Part shown: positions 9,507 to 18,257 of the stretch, piece by piece
Numbering within the stretch: position 1 is the first letter of the stretch
Layout of the letters: every line of letters starts with the position of its first letter
From: a virus
Lineage: Duplodnaviria > Caudoviricetes
IMG/VR virus record: IMGVR_UViG_3300042258_000341
Span: 64,001-128,000 of that record
DNA: 64,000 nt
Reading direction: 5' to 3' (one strand)
Position numbers and translations under genes: made by a program
Notes under the pieces: model-generated
What the model was told of the DNA's origin: nothing
What the model saw: only the letters and a program-made list of their open reading frames with translations
Database searches by the model: none

Positions 9507-10614
9507 AATTCAAAAATACTTAAGAACCCCCGGAAACACAGTCGAATCTCTTTGTGAACAATACAAGCTGAAAACAGCCCGACACAAAGTATATCCTAAT
9601 CTGGTGCAGTTTAAATATTGGATTGATTCCCCCATGTCCGAAACCATTTGTAGGGAAGCAAGGGGTTTGATTCTTGATGAAGAAAATGATTGGAAAGTAA
9701 TTTGCTTCACTTTCAAGAAATTCTTCAATTTCGAAGAAGGACATGCCGATAAATTAACTCCGGGGGATATTTCTTGTTACGACAAAGTAGATGGGAGTTT
9801 AATTCAGATGTATCACTACGCTGGGGATTGGCATGTTGCAACGACTGGCTTGCCGGATGCGTCTGGGGGATACAATAAGGACATCCCGGATAAAACTTTT
9901 GCTGATTTGTTTTGGAAAACATGGAGCGAATTAAATTACAAATACCCGGAAGAAAAAGAAGTGTGTTTTGCTTTCGAACTTGTAACAGAATACAACCGGA
10001 TTATTTGTAAATACGACAAACCCCGAATTGTTCTTCTTGGGGGCAGAGATTTGTTAACGCTCGAAGAATATCTGCCTGAAAAAATAAGTAAAAAATACAA
10101 CTGGGAAGTTGTGAAAAAATACCCGATGAATACTCTTGAAGAAATTGTTTCCGCAGCAAAAGAAATAAATCCGATGGAAAGAGAAGGTTTTGTTCTTGTG
10201 GGTGGGTTTACCTCTGATGATCTTTGTAACCACTTGAGAGTAAAAGTAAAAAACCCCGCTTATGTAGCTCTCCATCATCTTAAAGACGGAATGAGTAACA
10301 AAAGGCTTTTGCAGATATTGCAGAACAACGAATCCGAAGAGTTTCTTTCTTATTTCCCGGAATTTACGGAGCAATACTTAGGATTGAAAAAGAAGTTTTT
10401 GAAAATAGTAAAAGAAGCGGAAGATGTGTATATGCAGTATTCTGATTGTGAAACAGCAAAAGAATTTGCATTGCATGTGGCGAAACTTCCATATTCCGGG
10501 ATTCTTTTCGGAATGAGAAACGGGAAAATATCTTCGATAAAAGAAGGTTTCCGGGAGATACGTGTAGAAGCTCTTATGAAAATGCTGGGAGTTGAAAATG
10601 AGCCTTTATCTTAA
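9496..10614 (+). CDS. RNA ligase, T4 Rnl1-like
   Basis: EARGLI, F.KFFN, adenylation motif KVDGS, FELV, EGFVL, RVKVK..Y..LH. Confidence 0.88.
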   Translation: MILEIQKYLRTPGNTVESLCEQYKLKTARHKVYPNLVQFKYWIDSPMSETICREARGLILDEENDWKVICFTFKKFFNFEEGHADKLTPGDISCYDKVDGSLIQMYHYAGDWHVATTGLPDASGGYNKDIPDKTFADLFWKTWSELNYKYPEEKEVCFAFELVTEYNRIICKYDKPRIVLLGGRDLLTLEEYLPEKISKKYNWEVVKKYPMNTLEEIVSAAKEINPMEREGFVLVGGFTSDDLCNHLRVKVKNPAYVALHHLKDGMSNKRLLQILQNNESEEFLSYFPEFTEQYLGLKKKFLKIVKEAEDVYMQYSDCETAKEFALHVAKLPYSGILFGMRNGKISSIKEGFREIRVEALMKMLGVENEPLS

Positions 10615-10634
10615 CTTGTAATAATTAGCTCTTG

Positions 10635-10674
10635 AATCCGGCATTTAATAATAATGCTGGATTTTTCTTTTTTT
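10635..10674 (+). terminator. Intrinsic terminator
   Basis: AATCCGGCATT / AATGCTGGATT hairpin followed by T-tract. Confidence 0.7.
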
Positions 10675-10737
10675 AGGAGATAATATGCAGAACGTCTTGA
10701 ATTCTATGCAAATAAACCCCAAACACAGGTTCGAAAA

Positions 10738-11298
10738 ATGATCGTAAAATATTCTTCCCTTGAAATAGATGTTCCGGCTTTCTACAAGAAACACGGAATT
10801 GACCCGGAGAATCTTTCTTTTCTTGGAAAAGGATATTACGGGTCAGCATATTCTACCGGGGATGGAAGAGTTGTAAAGATAACTACTTCCAAATCCGAAT
10901 TTGAAATTGCCCAACAATTAATAGAAACCCCGAAAGAAAATATTGTAAAAATCTTCGATGCTGTCTTTGCTTCTGAAAGTCCTTTGAATTACAGGTATAT
11001 TATTTTGAAAGAGGAATTGGAACAAAACGAAGAAGATGAATATCTTTTCTACGAAGTTCAAGAAATGTTAGATACTCAGGGAGTCCCCCTTACTTACATA
11101 AGTCATTTCGATATGGAAGAATTCGAAGATTTAAACGGGGAAATAGGGGATAAATTAGCAAGTTTCTTTCAAGAGATTTCAGAGGTGGTTTGGGATGCTA
11201 CTCATCTTGTGGGAGATCGAGCGGATATCTCAGCAGATAATCTTGGAAGAGATAGGAATGGAACTCTTAAATTGTTAGATGTGGATGTGAAAAAATGA
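10738..11298 (+). CDS. Minimal Ser/Thr protein kinase-like protein
   Basis: LGKGYYGSAY glycine loop, VVKI lysine, E, NIVKI, DISADNL catalytic loop, LLD. Confidence 0.8.
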   Translation: MIVKYSSLEIDVPAFYKKHGIDPENLSFLGKGYYGSAYSTGDGRVVKITTSKSEFEIAQQLIETPKENIVKIFDAVFASESPLNYRYIILKEELEQNEEDEYLFYEVQEMLDTQGVPLTYISHFDMEEFEDLNGEIGDKLASFFQEISEVVWDATHLVGDRADISADNLGRDRNGTLKLLDVDVKK

Positions 11299-11733
11299 TA
11301 AAAAGATATTCGGAGTTGAACACCCAACTTCTTTATCACGGAAGGCATCAAGAAACTCCTTACGGGGGGGAATGGGATTTATCTTACCCCGGATAAAGAA
11401 TATGCAAAAAGATATGCTGGGGATCAGGACATTTATGTTTTTAAATTAAATGTTCCCGAAGATAAAATTTTCTCTTTCAGCCGGAAAACAGATGTGGAGA
11501 AAATAAAACCATATTTCCCGAAAGGACATTGGCAAGCTCTTCTTGGAAATGTAAATGACGGGGAAATGGACTGGGCAGGAGCTGGGGATTTAGCTAATTC
11601 CGAATTCGAGGAAACAGATGATTTCTTGAAGCATCTTGGATATGCTGGAATGTATTTAACAGAAAGAACAGGAATCAAATCTATTTACCTGTTCGATGAG
11701 AAAGACGCAACTCTGATCCGGCGGGAAAAATAA
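11295..11733 (+). pseudogene. ADP-ribosyltransferase-fold protein frameshifted at a G7 tract
   Basis: LYHG in frame from ATG 11295; GIYLTPDKEYAKRYA continues in the frame of ORF 11494-11733; removing one G at 11364-11370 joins them. Confidence 0.7.
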
Positions 11734-11739
11734 TTCTTC

Positions 11740-11768
11740 TTGACATCTTTTAATTTTTACCTTAACCT
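11740..11768 (+). promoter_or_regulatory. Sigma70-type promoter for leader/tRNA-Tyr unit
   Basis: TTGACA-17-TAACCT. Confidence 0.65.
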
Positions 11769-11786
11769 TGAAATTAAGGTGAAAAT

Positions 11787-11900
11787 ATGAATTCTCACAC
11801 GAACAAACTGAATCTCCTTACTTTATCGCTGTTATGCGGCGATCAGTTTGTCGTGTCAAGTTTGTATTATTACCTCGGGAGCGATTCGCTAACACTGTAA
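11787..11900 (+). CDS. Putative attenuator leader peptide (37 aa, Tyr-Tyr-Tyr)
   Basis: TAAGGTG RBS; MNSHTNKLNLLTLSLLCGDQFVVSSLYYYLGSDSLTL; TAT TAT TAC at 11865-11873. Confidence 0.65.
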   Translation: MNSHTNKLNLLTLSLLCGDQFVVSSLYYYLGSDSLTL

Positions 11901-11967
11901 TTTTTTCGTAACAAACACGATAAACTGAACAGGTAGCGAAGCCTTATGGCAACATCGCTCCTTTTTT
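11797..11967 (+). promoter_or_regulatory. Putative transcription attenuator (alternative helices plus U-tract terminator)
   Basis: 11843-11856 pairs with either 11797-11811 or 11915-11928; 11934-11940 pairs with either 11885-11891 or 11955-11959; T6 at 11962-11967. Confidence 0.65.
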
Positions 11968-12001
11968 GCATTTCCGGAACTTTAAATTTTTATGATATAA
12001 T

Positions 12002-12084
12002 GGACAGGTGGCTGAGTGGTTGAAAGCGGCGGGTTGTAGCCCCGTTCTGTAAAAAGCTCGCAGGTTCGAATCCTGCCCTGCCCA
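12002..12084 (+). tRNA. tRNA-Tyr(GTA), no encoded CCA
   Basis: Acceptor GGACAGG/CCTGCCC-A, anticodon arm GCGGG-TTGTAGC-CCCGT, long variable arm, GGTTCGAATCC T arm. Confidence 0.9.
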
Positions 12085-12108
12085 CTGAAATAAAAGGAGT
12101 TTTGAGAA

Positions 12109-12630
12109 ATGTCTGAAATGTTATTTTGTAAAAGTTGTGGAAACCCTCGAAATTTAGGCAGACGATTATGTGATCCATGTAATTCAAAAAGAATTCAAAA
12201 ATACCCCAGATATATTTGGCAAAATACTTGTGTGGCATGTAAGTCCTCTTTTTCTTCAATTCGAAAAGCAACTTTACTCTGTAAAGAGTGTCTAAATTTA
12301 AAAAAGAAATTGTCTATTGTTTCAACAACAACATATGTTTTTACCAAAACTGGAACCTTATTGCATCGAGAAATTGCGGAAAAGAACTTAAAGCGTTCTT
12401 TAAGTTCTGATGAAGTTGTTCATCATTTAGACCATAACCCTCAAAACAATCTCTCTTCAAATTTAATTGTATTGTCTCGAAAAAAGCATAGTGAACTACA
12501 TCAATATTTAAATTTGCAAAAAGTGATTTGGTTAAAAAAAGAAGGGGAAAATTTAGAAGGACAGCAATTACTTTTGGAGTCTTTTAATTGGTTGCAAAAA
12601 ACAGAAGCAACGTATTCAAAGCTTGAGTAA
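12109..12630 (+). CDS. HNH homing endonuclease
   Basis: LHREIAE..VVHHLDHNPQNN..SNL..H..LH with N-terminal CxxC pairs. Confidence 0.88.
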   Translation: MSEMLFCKSCGNPRNLGRRLCDPCNSKRIQKYPRYIWQNTCVACKSSFSSIRKATLLCKECLNLKKKLSIVSTTTYVFTKTGTLLHREIAEKNLKRSLSSDEVVHHLDHNPQNNLSSNLIVLSRKKHSELHQYLNLQKVIWLKKEGENLEGQQLLLESFNWLQKTEATYSKLE

Positions 12631-12724
12631 ATAAGGTTCAAGTCCGGGTAGTAGCATTCTTTAAAATAATTACGTCTTATTTTCTTCCTTTATGTAGTAA
12701 ATAAAAATAAAGGGAAGAAAATAA

Positions 12725-14653
12725 ATGTCAGTAAATCTTTCAAGTTTTACAAAAACATTAAGTAAAAACACAACCAGTTATAATATTGTAGAATTTGCTG
12801 AGAGAAAGAGTTGTCTGGGTATCAATTTATTCCCCCAACAGAAATATCTTCTTAAGCTTTTCGATAAAGTCCCCTTGGATGACAAAGAAAGAAACATTCA
12901 AGTAAAAGATCGTTTCGGGGAACACGTCTTACATACTTTTACTGAAATCGAATTCCACGATTTTCTGTATAAAGAGGGGAGAGTTTCTTTAGATTATGAC
13001 ACATACATGGACACCCCTATTACGAGTATTCTTCTCTCTTGTGGTCGTGGTGCTACAAAAACAACAACAATATCTATATACACAGCATACAAGCTTTACG
13101 AAATCCTTTCCCATTATTGCCCACAAGATTATTTTAATATTTTAACTCATGATGCGATAGACCTTTCGGTTGTGGCTCTTGGTGAAGCAAACGCCCTTGA
13201 AATTTTTTCAAGATTGACAACTTTAATTCATAACGCTCCTTTTTTTAAACCCCATATTTTAGAAGATCCTTTACAAGGCGAACTAAGGGTGTGGACACAA
13301 GCAGACCTTGATAAAATTCAAGGATATATTGCAAACCCCCCGGCACATTCCAATTCTATTAAATTATCAGCAAAACCTTGTTCCCCAAGTCTTCGTGGTG
13401 CAAATAGGGCGTTAACAATTCTTGAAGAATTTGCTTTTTTCAACAACTCCCCTAATTCCAGTAGAGCATTACCTTTGGACGAACAAATATATCGAGCAGT
13501 AACCCCTTCTGTCGCTAGGTTTAAATATCCAAACGGAGATCCTTTCGGAAAAGTCCTTATGATTTCTTCGCCTTCCGGAGAATCTGGGAAATTTTACGAA
13601 GAATATCAAAATGCTTTCGAGCATGGGCAGAAATCCGCTTTGTTAGCCCTTTCCACCCCTACGTGGTTCTTGAACCCCAGCCTTTCGAAGGTTTTCTATA
13701 TGTCAGAATACACAAAGAATCCACAGGCTTACAACAGTGAATTCGGAGCAGAATTTCAAAGTTACGAAAATCGTTGGTTGGTGGATGATAGTCCTATTTA
13801 CAGAGCTTTCGATACTTCTCTGGATCACACAAAAGTTTTCGGGGATTTCCAGAAAGTTTATTACATGGGTTTAGATGCTGGTTTCAGTGAAGACGGTTTC
13901 GGGATAGCGATTTCTCATTATGAAAGTGAGTATGTTGAATTTCCAGAAACTCTTATGAAAGAAGTACATGCTTATTATCCTGATTTTATAAAAGAAATAG
14001 AGAAGAACGATGGGCGATTTATTTCTCCAAAATACATTGTAGATTATTACGAAGTCTTTTATCCCGGAGTTTATCCTTATGAAGAATACAATGTTCTTCC
14101 TGTAGAAGGTGAAAACGGGGTCATTGAAAAGATTGTAAATTGTGCCAAAAGGTATCCTATTCGAAAAGGATTTTTAGATCAATTCTCAGGAGTCGTTTTG
14201 CAGGAACTTCTTCTTCGAAGAGGATTGAAGAACATTGAAATGATCAATGTAAATGCTGCAATAAATAACGATGTTCACAAAGTATTCAATATGCTTTTAC
14301 ATCAATTCGGAATCAAGATGGGTTTTAATGCTGAATTTTTGAAGGAACTAAAAGCTTTGAAAGCGAAGACAATCGGAAATGGGTTTTTACGGGTTGAGCA
14401 CCCCCCGGGAGGGCATGACGACATGTATAGTGCTTTGGCTAGGAGTTTATACCTTTGTTGGCTTTATACAACCAAGAACAAGGGTTTACTCTCAAATCTG
14501 GGAATTGTATTTAAAGACTCCAGAAATACAAACACGGCTCTTTCTGCAGCCCGAGGTCAGAAAGTATTTGAGAACATCAAGAATAGAATGCATAGTAATC
14601 AGAACTCGATTCGCAACCCAAGCAATATGTTCCCGAATAAAATAACCCGGTAA
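12725..14653 (+). CDS. terL: Terminase large subunit
   Basis: PQQ motif, Walker A GRGATKT, Walker B ILEEF, ISSP, nuclease GLD..FSED and GGHDD. Confidence 0.9.
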   Translation: MSVNLSSFTKTLSKNTTSYNIVEFAERKSCLGINLFPQQKYLLKLFDKVPLDDKERNIQVKDRFGEHVLHTFTEIEFHDFLYKEGRVSLDYDTYMDTPITSILLSCGRGATKTTTISIYTAYKLYEILSHYCPQDYFNILTHDAIDLSVVALGEANALEIFSRLTTLIHNAPFFKPHILEDPLQGELRVWTQADLDKIQGYIANPPAHSNSIKLSAKPCSPSLRGANRALTILEEFAFFNNSPNSSRALPLDEQIYRAVTPSVARFKYPNGDPFGKVLMISSPSGESGKFYEEYQNAFEHGQKSALLALSTPTWFLNPSLSKVFYMSEYTKNPQAYNSEFGAEFQSYENRWLVDDSPIYRAFDTSLDHTKVFGDFQKVYYMGLDAGFSEDGFGIAISHYESEYVEFPETLMKEVHAYYPDFIKEIEKNDGRFISPKYIVDYYEVFYPGVYPYEEYNVLPVEGENGVIEKIVNCAKRYPIRKGFLDQFSGVVLQELLLRRGLKNIEMINVNAAINNDVHKVFNMLLHQFGIKMGFNAEFLKELKALKAKTIGNGFLRVEHPPGGHDDMYSALARSLYLCWLYTTKNKGLLSNLGIVFKDSRNTNTALSAARGQKVFENIKNRMHSNQNSIRNPSNMFPNKITR

Positions 14654-14657
14654 AAGA

Positions 14658-14692
14658 AGAACTCCCGGAGCGTCAACTTCTCCGGGAGTTCT
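14658..14692. terminator. Hairpin terminator between convergent transcription units
   Basis: AGAACTCCCGGAG / CTCCGGGAGTTCT 13-bp inverted repeat. Confidence 0.8.
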
Positions 14693-14759
14693 ATGCGTAA
14701 TGGAGTTACAATTACTCACAGACTAATCTCGTAAATCAGCCTGTCATTCAAATTCCATT

Positions 14760-14984
14760 CTATACTTTTTTCTTCATGTTTTCAAGTTCTTTTGACATTT
14801 CGAATAAATCTTTTACTTTATTTAAATCCAAAACGTCTTCAAAATTGTTACGAAGATAGTTTGCAGTTTTCAAAGCCTCCGAAAGATGCTGTGCAAAGCT
14901 TTTCAGCATTTCTTTTGCTTCAAGATTTCGTTCTGTTGCCGTATTCATTTTCGCCTTCTTATCAGTTACTTGTAATTTACGCAT
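14760..14984 (-). CDS. Hypothetical protein, possibly virion
   Basis: ORF in operon. Confidence 0.65.
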   Translation of the reverse strand: MRKLQVTDKKAKMNTATERNLEAKEMLKSFAQHLSEALKTANYLRNNFEDVLDLNKVKDLFEMSKELENMKKKV

Positions 14985-14987
14985 TTA

Positions 14988-15974
14988 TTATTCCCTCATG
15001 AGTCCATTGATAAATGCGTAATCTTCTTGATCAAGGTCAGAGCCGTCTATTTTTCTCATATGTAAACCGTATTTGGTTTCAATGCCTTTTTCGAAATAAT
15101 CATTGTCGTAAATAGGGTCTACAGTTTCCAGCCAACCGGTGTTATCACTGTTCGACCAATGATAGTTGTTGTCTTCAATTTCCCGGGCAAGTTCAGCAGG
15201 AGACATGGCGTAATCTTCAAATTCAAAACCGTTATCGTCTGTTTCTCCAGCATCAACAGCTTCTTCATCCCATTTTTCGTAAGTTTTATTTACAAGAAAC
15301 ATCGGGATATCTGAAAGTTCTCCGTCTGAATTGTAATATCCGCCGTCTTTAAATTCAGGATATCCTAAATCTTCTTCTGCTTTTTTCTGCAGGGAAGATA
15401 TTTTAAGACTCGCTTTTACAGAAGCAAACTTGTTTTTAGAAACTTCAGCAAGACCTTTGCTGGAAAGTTCTTGTGCAACTTGTTGGGCATTTCCCGGGGC
15501 AATATTCTGCATGAAATAATTTACGAAGTCGGGCATCTGGAATTTCTTCTCTGAAGAAGGGGTTGGGCTGTTTTTGTCTTCAAAAACTTTCATGTCCAAT
15601 CCCGCACCTGATTTTGCAACTTCAATTACTTTATCGGTGCCTTTTACTTCGAAAACAAGAGAACGAAACTTCTGGAAAGCCCCGTTAAGAAGAGAAGCAA
15701 GTTGTTGCATATTCCCCATACCTTCTTGCTGTTTCTGTTGCATACGATCCATCAAAGCCCCGGCTTCTTTTTCATTACCTGCAAGATAATTCAAAGAGGC
15801 TTTCAAAGTATTTACGGGTTTTCTCTTAGAAGCTTCTTTGTATTCAGGGAAAGGCTTTTTTGCATCTGGATATTTTTCTTCCAGTTTTTCCGTCTTTTTT
15901 TCGTTCAAATTAGGGGTTTTATCTTCACGAAGATATTTAATATCCGAGGCTAATTTATGTTGGAGTTTTTTCAT
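14988..15974 (-). CDS. Hypothetical protein, possibly internal head protein
   Basis: Long ORF with repeated K-x-A motifs. Confidence 0.7.
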   Translation of the reverse strand: MKKLQHKLASDIKYLREDKTPNLNEKKTEKLEEKYPDAKKPFPEYKEASKRKPVNTLKASLNYLAGNEKEAGALMDRMQQKQQEGMGNMQQLASLLNGAFQKFRSLVFEVKGTDKVIEVAKSGAGLDMKVFEDKNSPTPSSEKKFQMPDFVNYFMQNIAPGNAQQVAQELSSKGLAEVSKNKFASVKASLKISSLQKKAEEDLGYPEFKDGGYYNSDGELSDIPMFLVNKTYEKWDEEAVDAGETDDNGFEFEDYAMSPAELAREIEDNNYHWSNSDNTGWLETVDPIYDNDYFEKGIETKYGLHMRKIDGSDLDQEDYAFINGLMRE

Positions 15975-15975
15975 A

Positions 15976-16299
15976 TCAAAAACCTTCCTTTGTTTCGAAA
16001 TCTTTTTCCTCGAAAGAAACTATGTCATTTATCTTTTTAATATCTGGCAATAATTCCCGAAGCTTTTCTTCGATTTCTTTAATTTTTGCAAGAGTCGAGG
16101 GTTCGTAATTGTAAGAACCTTCTTGTTTTTTATTCAAAGCGTATTGATTTGTTTCGGTGTCGTAAAAGTCTTCAAAACTATTTATTAAATTTTGAAGAGC
16201 AGAAATTTCTTTCTGCCACATCCCGCCAAGAATAGAATCAGCCGCTTTTTTCTTAAAAGCTGCTTTTTTTGTTAATTTGTTAAGATATTGCATATCCAC
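15976..16299 (-). CDS. Hypothetical protein, possibly virion
   Basis: ORF; KKAAFKKKAA N-terminus. Confidence 0.65.
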   Translation of the reverse strand: MDMQYLNKLTKKAAFKKKAADSILGGMWQKEISALQNLINSFEDFYDTETNQYALNKKQEGSYNYEPSTLAKIKEIEEKLRELLPDIKKINDIVSFEEKDFETKEGF

Positions 16300-16338
16300 A
16301 TCCTATCTTTAAATTAATTACAAAAGAAGGAAAAATTA

Positions 16339-16662
16339 TTACTTAATTATAGGAATGATGTCGAAGAGTTGAAAATTTGTGTGTTTGTTGACATGGAGGA
16401 TGTTTTGAAAATTTTCAAGAATATGGTAATTAATTTTACCGTTTTCCCCGGGTTCAACTCCGATAATGTAAGCTTTAAACGATTCTGTCTTTTCTAATCC
16501 AATCATTTCCAACAATTCCAAACCTTTAAAAATAAAAGGTTCCGGATCTTTTCTTTCCGGGGCGTATTCAAAAGTCAATAACGTCTTGAACTCATTTACA
16601 AGTATTCTGACAACCCTCTGTGATTGGACAGGAGAAACAATCTGTCGAAATTCTATTTTCAT
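16339..16662 (-). CDS. Hypothetical protein, paralog of 16669-16980
   Basis: Shared L.TFE..G..LLE..GL..AYI.G pattern. Confidence 0.7.
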   Translation of the reverse strand: MKIEFRQIVSPVQSQRVVRILVNEFKTLLTFEYAPERKDPEPFIFKGLELLEMIGLEKTESFKAYIIGVEPGENGKINYHILENFQNILHVNKHTNFQLFDIIPIIK

Positions 16663-16668
16663 TTTTTG

Positions 16669-16980
16669 TCACTTCCGAATTACATTTTTGAATTTAAACA
16701 CATCTATTTCTGTAATTTTCAACACGTCTTGATAAGGTTCGAAGATAAAAGGCTCCCCGTCTTCGGTAATTCCAAGAATATACGCAATCATAGTGTCAGA
16801 GTCTTTTAATCCGTTTGCTTCCAAGATATCCGCCCCGGCAATAGTAACAGTATCCGTTTCTTGATCGGTTTGTTCAAAAGTAAAAAGAACTTTGTGTTTG
16901 TCATGTATGTAAAACTGCACTTTTGTACAGTTTGGGTTCGGGTTTTCAGGAGTTCTTATTTCTATTTGTTTAAGCTTCAT
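16669..16980 (-). CDS. Hypothetical protein, paralog of 16339-16662
   Basis: Tandem paralog. Confidence 0.7.
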   Translation of the reverse strand: MKLKQIEIRTPENPNPNCTKVQFYIHDKHKVLFTFEQTDQETDTVTIAGADILEANGLKDSDTMIAYILGITEDGEPFIFEPYQDVLKITEIDVFKFKNVIRK

Positions 16981-17522
16981 TATATTTCTTCCTTCTCATT
17001 ATCTTCCGAATAAACATAAACATCTTCGGAATCTTCGCTTTCTGCATCGAAAGTAATAGGGAATAACTTAAATTCAATATCCACCCCGATTTTATTAAAA
17101 ATAGGGAAAGAGGCTCGTATGAAGTTAACAATATTTATATAACCCGAACCTGCAACCAATCCAAATATATCCCCATCTAAGTAGAAATGCATCTTGGCTT
17201 TATGCTCCGCAGCGTCTAAGGTTAAACTCACATAAACATCATACGGGCTGGGACTCCTACTTTCTGCCAACTCATTGTCGGAAAGTATTAATTTCAGATA
17301 TTGCCCGATAAACAAAGAGTATTCATTAAGGGCTTGAAACATTTTTATTTGTTTCTCAGACAATAAGTTTCCGTGGGTATCGTATTTAAGATCCGAAAAC
17401 ACTTCAACTCCTGTGATATTTAAAGCTGAGTGTGTGAAATGATCTTCGAGATTTTCAAGAATTTCTTGAGAAGCATTTGAGTCTCTTGAAATATTTTTGT
17501 TGTTGATAAATATGTTTTTCAT
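16980..17522 (-). CDS. Hypothetical protein
   Basis: ORF. Confidence 0.7.
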   Translation of the reverse strand: MKNIFINNKNISRDSNASQEILENLEDHFTHSALNITGVEVFSDLKYDTHGNLLSEKQIKMFQALNEYSLFIGQYLKLILSDNELAESRSPSPYDVYVSLTLDAAEHKAKMHFYLDGDIFGLVAGSGYINIVNFIRASFPIFNKIGVDIEFKLFPITFDAESEDSEDVYVYSEDNEKEEI

Positions 17523-17526
17523 AAAT

Positions 17527-18162
17527 TTATTGTCCTGATATTTGATTTAAAATAGTGTTTCCTTGAGAATCTAAAGAAACTTCGTAACAATTATCCGCCG
17601 CAATCGCGAATTCTTTTTGATGGGTGACAAGTAGAATAGGGGTGTCAAATTCTTGGGATAATGTTTTTAAAAATTCAGACATTGCCGGGATGTAATTAAC
17701 TGCGAGAAAAGAAAGAGTTTCATCAAACACAAGCAAAGGAAATCTTTTTGTTACGATATTGAATAAAACTTTTAAAACTACCGCTATTACCGCAAGCACC
17801 CCGCCTCCGAAGGAATGAATACTCCCTTGGATTTTATCTTTCATAATTACAAAAGAATACACATTATTTCCTCTTTTTACACTTTGTTCGATTTGGAAAG
17901 AGAGATTAATATCCGGGAAAATCAAAGATAACGCCCTATTTACAAAAGTTTCTATTTTCTGTAAATTTTGTCTCGATATCTTTTCAACAACTTCTTGTAG
18001 AATATTTTCAGCAATGTGTAAATAAGTCATTCTCTGCTTGAGGTTTGTAACACTTTCTTCTTTTTCTTTTATTTTTTCCAACAAAGAAGTTAATTGGAAC
18101 TCTGTGTTTTTTACAGAAACCCGTAAATCGAAAAGTTGTTTTTTTGCGCTTTCTATTTGCAT
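17527..18162 (-). CDS. sbcC: SbcC/Rad50 C-terminal half
   Basis: Coiled coil, signature-like SFGGG, Walker B LLVFDE, H-loop LVTH; no Walker A. Confidence 0.85.
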   Translation of the reverse strand: MQIESAKKQLFDLRVSVKNTEFQLTSLLEKIKEKEESVTNLKQRMTYLHIAENILQEVVEKISRQNLQKIETFVNRALSLIFPDINLSFQIEQSVKRGNNVYSFVIMKDKIQGSIHSFGGGVLAVIAVVLKVLFNIVTKRFPLLVFDETLSFLAVNYIPAMSEFLKTLSQEFDTPILLVTHQKEFAIAADNCYEVSLDSQGNTILNQISGQ

Positions 18163-18257
18163 GTGTATTTATTTCCTATTCTTTTTCTATATATACTGTT
18201 CAATATCAGCTATTTACTATATTATTGTTGCAAAGTTCTTGAAAGCAAGAACTTTTT

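Noticed and set aside
11993-12001. TGnTATAAT as the tRNA-Tyr promoter
   Set aside because: It abuts tRNA position 1, so initiation would fall inside the tRNA and could not yield a full-length molecule
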